Positions 43,959 to 51,739 of a DNA stretch of 64,000 nt are shown here, in pieces. The stretch is from an uncultured bacterium. GTDB taxonomy: Bacteria; Bacteroidota; Ignavibacteria; OLB7. The stretch is taken from the NCBI GenBank assembly GCA_966250335.1, contig CBINGZ010000009.1, positions 54,120 through 118,119 of the forward strand, read 5' to 3'. The position numbers and the translations under genes are program-made. The notes below the pieces were generated by a model. The model ran no database searches. It was not told the origin of the DNA and saw only the letters and a list, made by a program, of their open reading frames with translations. Position 1 is the first letter of the stretch. Each line of letters begins with the position of its first letter.

Positions 43959-44802
43959 GCCGGGAGCCCCGGTCGTCGATGTGGTGATCAAGTGCGGCGG
44001 CGCCGCCATCGAATCGGGAGGGACGGAGCATGAGCTCGTGGGAGCGATCGCCGAGGCCGTCGCCTCCGGAATCCGTTGCGTGGTCCTCCACGGCGGAGGA
44101 CCGGAGACGACGGCGCTCGCGGGAAGACTCGGCATCGAGAGCCGGTTCGTCGCCGGCCAGCGCGTCACCGACGCGGCGATGCTGGAGGCCGCGACCATGA
44201 CCCTTGCAGGCTCCATCAACAAACGGCTTGTGCGGGCGCTCTGCGATGCGGGCGTCCCCGCCGTCGGCCTCTCCGGCGTGGACGGCTCGCTGATCCGGGC
44301 GGAGATCACGGATCGTACCCGGGCGCTCGGCCTGGTGGGCGAGCCCTCAGGGGTGAACGGATCGTTGCTCGATCTTCTTCTCTCGGCCGGCTATCTGCCG
44401 GTGGTCGCTCCCGTGGCGTTCGGGGAGGGGACCATCCTGAACGTGAACGCCGATCTTGCCGCTGCCGCCGTCGCGGGGGCGCTCGGAGCCGGGAGCCTGA
44501 TCTACGTGACCGATGTCCCGGGGATCATGGTCGACGGAGCCGTCGTGGAGCGAATGACGCCGGAGGAGGCGACCGCCCTGATCGACGGCGGGATCGTCAC
44601 GGGAGGGATGATACCGAAGGTGCGGACGGCGCTCGATGCCCTGCGGAAAGGGGCGGGACGCGTGCGGATCGTGCAGGGGAGGGCGGAGTCGCTCCGCCGG
44701 GGACTTGCCGGGGAACCGGTGGGAACGGCCATTGAACTCGGGGACGGGTCGGCCCGGGCCGGCGCGTCGCAGGACCTACACTTAGTCGAGGAACAGGGAT
44801 GA
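43927..44802 (+). CDS. argB: Acetylglutamate kinase
   Basis: VVIKCGGAAIE, VVLHGGGPE, VNADLAAAAVAGALGA, GGMIPKVRTALDAL. Start uncertain: ATG 43927 overlaps argJ, and in-frame GTG codons a few codons downstream are alternatives. Confidence 0.9.
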   Translation: MSTSTPAIAREPGAPVVDVVIKCGGAAIESGGTEHELVGAIAEAVASGIRCVVLHGGGPETTALAGRLGIESRFVAGQRVTDAAMLEAATMTLAGSINKRLVRALCDAGVPAVGLSGVDGSLIRAEITDRTRALGLVGEPSGVNGSLLDLLLSAGYLPVVAPVAFGEGTILNVNADLAAAAVAGALGAGSLIYVTDVPGIMVDGAVVERMTPEEATALIDGGIVTGGMIPKVRTALDALRKGAGRVRIVQGRAESLRRGLAGEPVGTAIELGDGSARAGASQDLHLVEEQG

Positions 44803-45749
44803 ACAAGGATTTTCTGTCGGTATGCGATCTGACACGGGATGAGCTGGAGGAACTCTTCGCCCTGGCGGACGAGCTCAGGCTCAGCAGCGAGTTCAAACCG
44901 CTGAAAGGGATCTCGGCGGCGCTCATCTTCGAGAAGCCCTCGCTCCGGACGCGCGCCTCGTTCGAGCTCGGCATCAAGCAGCTCGGCGGGATGACCACCC
45001 TCCTCTCCGACGACGGCATCGGCATCGATGTGCGCGAGTCGGCGGCCGATATCGCCAGGTTCCTGAACCGATGCACCCAGCTTATCGTGGCCCGCGTCTT
45101 CAGGCACGGCGTCCTCACCGATCTGGCGCGGAACAGCGACGTTCCCGTGGTCAACGCCCTGAGCGATCTCTCGCATCCCTGTCAGATCATCTCCGATCTC
45201 TATACGATACGTCAGCACGGAAGGCTCCGCGAGGGGATGAAGATCGTCTTCGTGGGGGATGGGAACAACGTCGTCAACAGCTGGCTGGAGCTTGCCGCGA
45301 TCTATCCGCTCCATTTCGTTCTTGCCGCGCCGAAGGGATACGATCCATCGGAGACGATACTTCGGCAGGCGTGGAACGCGGGGGTGAGCAGGGTCGAGAT
45401 CGTCCGCGATCCGGTTGCCGCCGTCGCCGGGGCCGATGTCGTCTACACCGACGTCTGGACCAGCATGGGACAGGAGGATTCGGCTGCTCTCCGGAAAACG
45501 GCATTTGAGGGATACCGGGTCGATATGGCGCTGATGAACAACGCGCCCGAGTCGCTCTTCATGCACTGCCTGCCGGCGCACAGGGGAGAAGAGGTCACAC
45601 ACGAGGTTCTGGAGTCTGATCGTTCCATTATCTTTGACCAGGCCGAAAACCGCCTGCACATGCAGAAGGCGCTGCTGACCGGACTGGTGGAACGGTGGCG
45701 CACCGCGGAGCGGCCTCATCAATCCCTCCAAACGGTATTGCGTATCTAG
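44799..45749 (+). CDS. argF: Ornithine carbamoyltransferase
   Basis: FEKPSLRTRASFE (carbamoyl-phosphate site), SHPCQ, canonical ornithine loop YTDVWTSMGQE, HCLPAHRGEEV. Confidence 0.9.
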   Translation: MNKDFLSVCDLTRDELEELFALADELRLSSEFKPLKGISAALIFEKPSLRTRASFELGIKQLGGMTTLLSDDGIGIDVRESAADIARFLNRCTQLIVARVFRHGVLTDLARNSDVPVVNALSDLSHPCQIISDLYTIRQHGRLREGMKIVFVGDGNNVVNSWLELAAIYPLHFVLAAPKGYDPSETILRQAWNAGVSRVEIVRDPVAAVAGADVVYTDVWTSMGQEDSAALRKTAFEGYRVDMALMNNAPESLFMHCLPAHRGEEVTHEVLESDRSIIFDQAENRLHMQKALLTGLVERWRTAERPHQSLQTVLRI

Positions 45750-45751
45750 GC

Positions 45752-46207
45752 TTGAACAAACAGAGCAGACACTTCGTGATCAGGGAGATCATCTCCCAGA
45801 ATATCGTAGGCAGCCAGGAGGAACTCCGATCGCTCCTGCAGGGCCGTGGAATCGAGGTGACCCAGGCCACCCTTTCGCGGGACATGCATGAGCTTGGGGT
45901 GACCCGTGTCCTGGGGAACGACGGCCCCCGCTACATGCTGGAGACGCGGGGATCGGAGAACAGGCTGGCGGCGCTCTTTGCGCTGGAGATCGAGGCGATG
46001 GAGAGCAACGAGTCGCTGATCGTCATTCGTACCCTCCCCGGTCGGGCGCAGGGGGTCGCCGAGGTCCTGGACAGGTTCCGCCATCCCGAGATCCTGGGGA
46101 CGATTGCCGGGGACAACACGATCTTTATCGCGCCGCGATCGGTCGCGAAGATCGACGAGCTTCTGAAGGATCTTCGGAGCATGGTGATGAAGGAAGGGGG
46201 TGGATAA
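45752..46207 (+). CDS. argR: Arginine repressor
   Basis: IREIISQNIVGSQEELRSLLQGRGIEVTQATLSRDMHELGV (winged-helix DNA-binding domain) and a C-terminal oligomerisation/arginine-binding block GTIAGDNTIFI. TTG 45752 proposed, just after the argF stop. Confidence 0.88.
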   Translation: MNKQSRHFVIREIISQNIVGSQEELRSLLQGRGIEVTQATLSRDMHELGVTRVLGNDGPRYMLETRGSENRLAALFALEIEAMESNESLIVIRTLPGRAQGVAEVLDRFRHPEILGTIAGDNTIFIAPRSVAKIDELLKDLRSMVMKEGGG

Positions 46208-46276
46208 TGAGTCACACGGGGGGCATATACCTGCCGGCCCGATACACAACAATCTCGATCTGAATCGGACGAACGA

Positions 46277-47527
46277 GTGAACCATGAGAAAATAGCGCTC
46301 GCCTATTCCGGCGGGCTCGATACGTCGGTGATTCTTCGCTGGCTTCAGGAAAAGTATGGAGCGGAGATCATCACCGTGACAGGTAATCTCGGGCAGAAGA
46401 AGGAGCTGACCGGGGTGGAGGAGAAGGCCCGTCTGGTGGGCGCCTCCGCGATCTATCTTCCCGATCTCCGCACGGAGTTCGTGAACGACTTCGTCTTCCC
46501 CGCGCTCCGCGCCGGAGCTCTCTACGAGGGAGTCTATCCGATGGCGACGGCGCTCGGCCGCCCTCTGCTGGCGCGGACGCTGGCCGAGATCGCCCGTGCC
46601 GAAGGATGCACCGCCGTCGCCCACGGCTGCACCGGCAAGGGGAACGACCAGGTCAGGTTCGAGGCGTCGATCGCCGCGCTCGCGCCGGAACTGGAGGTGC
46701 TGGCCCCGGTCCGCGAGTGGGAGTTCCGTTCGCGCGAGGAGGAGATCGCCTATTGCGAGAAACACGGCATCCCGATCGCCGCCACGAAGGCAAGCCCCTA
46801 CTCGATCGATGAGAACCTCTGGGGGACGAGCATCGAATGCGGGATTCTGGAGGATCTCCGTGTGCCTCCCCCCGCCGACGCCTGGCAGCACACGACCTCT
46901 CCGATGAACGCGCCGGAGACCCCGGCCGAGATCACCGTGACCTTCCGCGATGGAATCCCCGTCGCCCTGAACGGCGCGGCGATCGACGGCGTCGATCTGA
47001 TCGAGGCGCTCAACGAGCTGGGGGCGGCCCACGGCGTGGGGAGGATCGATCTGGTGGAGAACCGTCTGGTGGGGATCAAGTCGCGCGAGATCTACGAGGC
47101 CCCCGCCGCCGTGATCCTGCACAGGGCCCACAGCGAGCTGGAAAGGATCGTGCTCGATCGTGACACGATGCGTCAGAAAATGAGGATCGCCTCCGACTAC
47201 GCCGATCTCATCTACAACGGTCTCTGGTATTCCCCCCTGCGCCTGGCGTTCGACGGGTTCATCCGCGAGACGCAGCGCACGGTGAACGGCTCGGTCTCGC
47301 TGCGGCTCTACAAGGGGACGATGGAGACGATGAGCCGGATCTCGCCGAACTCGCTCTACGATACGAATCTGGCGACCTACACCTCCGAGGATACCTTCGA
47401 CCACAAGGCGAGCAAGGGGTTCATCGATATCTACAGCCTTCCGCTGCGGACCTGGAAGCGGGTCAACGATGCCGTGGCGCAGGCTGCGGCGCTCCCGGAG
47501 CCTGTTGAGGAGAGCCTGGCGGGTTGA
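46277..47527 (+). CDS. argG: Argininosuccinate synthase
   Basis: IALAYSGGLDTSV (PP-loop), VAHGCTGKGNDQVRFE, GRIDLVENRLVGIKSREIYE. GTG start. Confidence 0.93.
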   Translation: MNHEKIALAYSGGLDTSVILRWLQEKYGAEIITVTGNLGQKKELTGVEEKARLVGASAIYLPDLRTEFVNDFVFPALRAGALYEGVYPMATALGRPLLARTLAEIARAEGCTAVAHGCTGKGNDQVRFEASIAALAPELEVLAPVREWEFRSREEEIAYCEKHGIPIAATKASPYSIDENLWGTSIECGILEDLRVPPPADAWQHTTSPMNAPETPAEITVTFRDGIPVALNGAAIDGVDLIEALNELGAAHGVGRIDLVENRLVGIKSREIYEAPAAVILHRAHSELERIVLDRDTMRQKMRIASDYADLIYNGLWYSPLRLAFDGFIRETQRTVNGSVSLRLYKGTMETMSRISPNSLYDTNLATYTSEDTFDHKASKGFIDIYSLPLRTWKRVNDAVAQAAALPEPVEESLAG

Positions 47528-47580
47528 AGGGGATGAACGTCGACGAAGGGGAACCTGTCACTTCCAATACACGTATCGAC

Positions 47581-48966
47581 ATGTCCGGTCAGCGACTCTG
47601 GGGAGGGCGATTCGGCGAGACTCTTGCCGATGTCGCTTTCCGATATTCCTCATCGATCGAATACGACAGGCGGCTTGCCCGACACGATATCCGGGGGAGT
47701 ATGGCGCACGCGTCGATGCTCGGCAGGTGCGGCGTCCTCTCTCCGGAGGAGGCCGATCTGATCGTGGAGGGGCTCGCCGGCATCGGCGCGGATCTCGACG
47801 ACGGCCGGATACGGCTCTCCTCCGACGAGGAGGATGTCCATCTGGCCGTCGAGCGGATCCTGATCGAGCGGATAGGGCCGGTCGGGGGGATGCTCCACAC
47901 GGCGCGGAGCCGGAACGACCAGGTGGCGCTCGATCTCCGGCTCTATATTCTCGGCACGATAGATGATATGACGGCGGCGATCCGCGATCTTCAGCGGGCG
48001 TTCGTCAGGCAGGCGGAGCTTCATCGCGAAACGATGATGCCGGGCTACACCCACATGCAGCGGGCGCAGCCGATTCTGCTGGCGCATCATCTGCTCGCCT
48101 ATGTCTCCATGCTCGATCGCGACGCCGGCAGGATGCTCGACTGCCGGCGCCGCGCCGATCGTTCCCCTCTCGGGGCCGCGGCCCTTGCGGGGACCTCCTT
48201 CCCGATCGACCGGTTCTCGACGGCGCTCGATCTCGGTCTATCGGATATCGATGAGAACAGCATCGATGCCGTATCCGATCGCGATGCGCTGCTGGAGTTC
48301 CTGTCGGCCGCGAGCATCACGATGATGCATCTGAGCCGTGTCGCCGAGGAGCTTGTCCTCTGGTCGACCCGCGAGTTCCGCTACATCACCATCAGCGACG
48401 CCTACACGACCGGCAGCAGCATCATGCCGCAGAAGAAGAACCCTGACATGGCCGAGCTGGTGCGGGGAAAGACGGGACGGGTCTACGGCGCGCTCATGAG
48501 CCTGCTGACGATGATGAAGGGACTTCCGCTCTCCTACAATCGCGATATGCAGGAGGACAAGCCCCCGCTCTTCGATGCGGCCGACACGCTGATGAACTCG
48601 CTGCTGGTGATGACCGGAATGATCGAGGCGACGACCTACCACACCGACCGCATGGAAGCGGCCGCCGCCGGCGAATATTCGACGGCCACCGAGCTGGCCG
48701 ACTACCTTGTCAGAAAGGGAATCCCGTTCCGCGACGCGCACCACGTCGTCGGCCGTATCGTCGCCGAATGCGTGAGGCGCGGCTGCGAGCTGCACGATCT
48801 CTCGCCTTCCGATCTTCAAGAATTCTCCCCCCTCTTCCTCCCGGACGCCGTGCACGTCCTGGACCCGCGCGCGAGCATCAACGCCAAGCGCTCCTCCGGA
48901 AGCACCGGAGGGGAGGAGGTTCTGGTGCAGATCCGGAGGTGGAAGGAGAGACTGGGGATTTACTGA
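47581..48966 (+). CDS. argH: Argininosuccinate lyase
   Basis: LWGGRF...YDRRLARHDIRGSMAHASML, HTARSRNDQVALDLRL, GYTHMQRAQP, and the signature GSSIMPQKKNPDMAELVRGK. Confidence 0.93.
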   Translation: MSGQRLWGGRFGETLADVAFRYSSSIEYDRRLARHDIRGSMAHASMLGRCGVLSPEEADLIVEGLAGIGADLDDGRIRLSSDEEDVHLAVERILIERIGPVGGMLHTARSRNDQVALDLRLYILGTIDDMTAAIRDLQRAFVRQAELHRETMMPGYTHMQRAQPILLAHHLLAYVSMLDRDAGRMLDCRRRADRSPLGAAALAGTSFPIDRFSTALDLGLSDIDENSIDAVSDRDALLEFLSAASITMMHLSRVAEELVLWSTREFRYITISDAYTTGSSIMPQKKNPDMAELVRGKTGRVYGALMSLLTMMKGLPLSYNRDMQEDKPPLFDAADTLMNSLLVMTGMIEATTYHTDRMEAAAAGEYSTATELADYLVRKGIPFRDAHHVVGRIVAECVRRGCELHDLSPSDLQEFSPLFLPDAVHVLDPRASINAKRSSGSTGGEEVLVQIRRWKERLGIY

Positions 48967-49292
48967 TCCGCCCGCTCGACACGCTCCACATCGAGCAGAT
49001 GCGGCTCCGCCGTTCTTCCCTTGATCCGATACTTGTCGGGGATCATTCCGGTGAAGATCCGGCCGCGGATCGTGAGCTCCGCGCCGTCGTTCTCCTCGAT
49101 GAACATATCGGCGAGTTCGTTCTGCGGCACGGAGACCACGATCGTCGTTCCATCCTTCAGCTCCAGCTTGTTCACGGCGAACGCCGGTTCCTTCGGGTAG
49201 ATATATCGGCCCGTGATATCGACCATCTCCCCCTCATGCCCCTCAAGGCATCGACGCGTGCCGCAGGAGGGGGGATCGGTATAATGCTTCAT
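48960..49292 (-). CDS. Small hypothetical protein downstream of the DUF4157 toxin-like gene (candidate immunity/partner)
   Basis: 110-aa ORF MKHYTDPPSCGTRRCLEGHEGEMVDITGRYIYPKEPAFAVNKLELKDGTTIVVSVPQNELADMFIEENDGAELTIRGRIF..., 16 nt after the toxin-like gene's stop on the same strand. Its 3' end overlaps the argH stop by 7 nt. No family recognised. Confidence 0.5.
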   Translation of the reverse strand: MKHYTDPPSCGTRRCLEGHEGEMVDITGRYIYPKEPAFAVNKLELKDGTTIVVSVPQNELADMFIEENDGAELTIRGRIFTGMIPDKYRIKGRTAEPHLLDVERVERADQ

Positions 49293-49307
49293 GATATCGG
49301 GCTCCGA

Positions 49308-50963
49308 TTAGTTGTCGGTGAAGAACTGGTTGAGAATCCAGCCCGATTCGTTCAGCTTCGGTCCGGATGTGACGAGCACCTTCATCCAGCTCTGCCCCTT
49401 CCGGATGATCGTCACCTTGGTATCCTTGGAGAGGGTCTTCTTGCCGGCGGGAGCGGCCGGGTCATCCTCGAAAAAGACCCCGTCCTTGTTGACGATGCCG
49501 TTCAGCGTCTCCGGATGCTGCACCACCATCGTCGTGAACTTGTCGTCGACGGCGTTGACGTTGGAGCTTGCCTCCGCCCACGACTGCTTCTTGCTCTCCG
49601 GGCCGTACATATCGAAGTAGTAGGGGACGCCGGAGCTGTCGTAATCCTCCAGTGTGATATAATCGTGACCGGAGGCCATGATGTTGAACCCGAAGTGGAA
49701 GTTGTATCCCGTCTCGGAGGCGCCCGGCATATCGCGCTCGCTGCCGATCGTGACCCCCTGGCCCACTTTCGGCACCGCGTACTTGTTGATGCCGTACTTC
49801 TCGCTCAACCTCTTCTGCTCGTCCGAGCTCAGTTTATCCCATTCCTTCAGCGCCTCCAGCCGGGTCAGCTTCTTGCCGAACTCGCGATCGAAGATCCGGA
49901 TGTAGATCTCGCCCGACATCTTCTCGGTGGTGGAGACGATCCCCCCGGCCGAGTTGTCGTCGGCGATGTAGGCCGACGGGCCGGTAAACTCCTCGGTCGT
50001 CCCGCGCCTGGTGACGGCGGTGAACGATTCGTAGCCTGCCTTTTCCGATCCGAGGATCTGCTGGCATGCCGTGCCGCAGTCGTCGACAAGGCTCGCCTCC
50101 CCTCCGCCGGCACGGTCGATCACCTTGAACTGCTTGAGCTTCAGCGTCGTCTTGGCCTTGCCGGGGGGAGAGGTCGTTATGTCGCCTCCCGATACCTCCT
50201 GCAGTTTCACCTTCGATTTGATATCGTCCAGCACCTTGTTCGAGCTCGCGATGTTGGCCGATTCGGCCCACGCCTTCCGTTTGTGGTCGAGCACCGCCAT
50301 CTTTCCGTCGTCGGCGAGACGGTCGTAGGGGAGGCCGGTGACCTCCGTGTACTTCTGCACCGGCGCGCCGGTCGATCCGTTCCCGAATCCGCCGAAGCGT
50401 GGGGCGGGGGAGGGAAGAAGATCGGCTGCCGATTCTCCTCTGACGACCCGGTCGGCTACCTCGTCCGCGTTCCGTTCGTAGGTGTCTCCCTTCCGGCCGA
50501 TGCCGTCACCCAGGCGCACGCCGTGCTGCTGCTGGATGATATGGGCCGCCTCGTGCGCGGCAATCCGGAGGCTCGGTGTTCCGCCGAACGCGATATTCTT
50601 CCCCGTGGCGTAGGCTGCGGCTCCCATCCCCCGGGCCGAGCGTGCGGCCTCGGCCCCCGTATGGGCTCTCACGTCGTTCAGCCGGTGCCCCGTGCCGAAG
50701 GAGCGTCCGATCCTCTCCAGATAGGGGAGGGGGCCTCCGGCGCCCGAAGTGCCGCGCCGTGCCAGTCCGTGGGTCTCCTGCGGATGGAGCTCCGGCGACA
50801 TCGGTATCGTGCTGACGTCGTGAGGGTTGGAGTGGGTCGCGCCGGGCGCGGATGCTTCCCGGGCCGTGAAGGGTCGGCTCAACATATCGGAATGAGAAGG
50901 GGCTTGCTGCGTGGCGATGATCCTTCCCGTCTCCCGACTCGGCTTCCGTGCAAACGTACGCAT
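49308..50963 (-). CDS. DUF4157-headed polymorphic-toxin-like protein with C-terminal SH3b-like domain
   Basis: N-terminal LPYLERIGRSFGTGHRLNDVRAHTGAEAARSARGMGAAAYATGKNIAFGG...LRIAAHEAAHIIQQQ...GDTYERNADEVADRVV is the DUF4157 pattern (HExxH-like AHEAAH). The middle ~300 aa is unassigned (contains DDCGTACQ ... ASGHDYITLEDYD). The end TKVTIIRKGQSWMKVLVTSGPKLNESGWILNQFF is SH3b-like. ATG 50963 (MRTFARKPS...). Confidence 0.75.
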   Translation of the reverse strand: MRTFARKPSRETGRIIATQQAPSHSDMLSRPFTAREASAPGATHSNPHDVSTIPMSPELHPQETHGLARRGTSGAGGPLPYLERIGRSFGTGHRLNDVRAHTGAEAARSARGMGAAAYATGKNIAFGGTPSLRIAAHEAAHIIQQQHGVRLGDGIGRKGDTYERNADEVADRVVRGESAADLLPSPAPRFGGFGNGSTGAPVQKYTEVTGLPYDRLADDGKMAVLDHKRKAWAESANIASSNKVLDDIKSKVKLQEVSGGDITTSPPGKAKTTLKLKQFKVIDRAGGGEASLVDDCGTACQQILGSEKAGYESFTAVTRRGTTEEFTGPSAYIADDNSAGGIVSTTEKMSGEIYIRIFDREFGKKLTRLEALKEWDKLSSDEQKRLSEKYGINKYAVPKVGQGVTIGSERDMPGASETGYNFHFGFNIMASGHDYITLEDYDSSGVPYYFDMYGPESKKQSWAEASSNVNAVDDKFTTMVVQHPETLNGIVNKDGVFFEDDPAAPAGKKTLSKDTKVTIIRKGQSWMKVLVTSGPKLNESGWILNQFFTDN

Positions 50964-51100
50964 CGGTGATCTCCTGCGGTTTGGTTCACAGTGGGTGTTG
51001 TCACAGATTCGGAGCCTCTGCATGCTCCCGGGGGGCGATACCGGGCGGCCCGAACATACGGCATCGACGGGAACGAGTCAACAGTGGGATGATTCGGCGA

Positions 51101-51649
51101 TCAGCGCGCGGCAGGATATTTCGCGACGAGCTTTCGGACGGTGGTGATGTTGCGCACGGTGACTTTTGCCTTCAGGGTGCGCTCCATCCGGTCTCCGGAG
51201 AATTTCGGGTCGTTGACGCCGGGGCGGCGGAGCCAGTAGAGCTCCCGGCCGTGCGGGCCGAAATCGTTCAGATCGCTCCGGCAGCTCATGAGCCGGGCGA
51301 TCGCCTCGTCGTCCGGCTCATCCTTCAGGAACGCCACCCAGAGGACCCGTCCCTCCATCTCCTCCTCCGACAGATCGAACGCCCTGTACTCCGCGACCCC
51401 GGCAAGCTGCGCCGGGGTTCTGAGAAAGGTCTCGACCTCGTACCCCAGGCTCTTCTTCAGATGTTCCTCTATCCGCCGTTCCAGCGCGGCGGCCCCGCGG
51501 GCGGGGGAGTCGAAGATCACATTTCCGCTGGCGATGAAGGTCGCCACATCGGTGAACCCCAGCTCCTCGAAAAGAGTCTGAAGACGATCCATCTTGACGG
51601 TACGACCGCCGACGTTGATGGCGCGGAGAAAGGCTATATATCGTGGCAT
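51101..51649 (-). CDS. DUF1697 family protein
   Basis: MPRYIAFLRAINVGGRTVKMDRLQTLFEELGFTDVATFIASGNVIFDS is the characteristic DUF1697 N-terminus. Confidence 0.85.
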   Translation of the reverse strand: MPRYIAFLRAINVGGRTVKMDRLQTLFEELGFTDVATFIASGNVIFDSPARGAAALERRIEEHLKKSLGYEVETFLRTPAQLAGVAEYRAFDLSEEEMEGRVLWVAFLKDEPDDEAIARLMSCRSDLNDFGPHGRELYWLRRPGVNDPKFSGDRMERTLKAKVTVRNITTVRKLVAKYPAAR

Positions 51650-51739
51650 GCCGGATCGTGCGGGTGACGGTTGCTTCTCTGTGCGGCAATAATAGCATCC
51701 GCACGGGGAGCAGCGCAATCGGACCCGGGGGCTCACCGG

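Noticed and set aside
38615-50963. A hidden contractile injection system or prophage (tail-fibre-like gene + DUF4157 toxin)
   Set aside because: No sheath, tube, baseplate, spike, AAA+ ATPase, capsid, terminase or integrase genes occur in the window. The two genes are separated by the housekeeping arg cluster.
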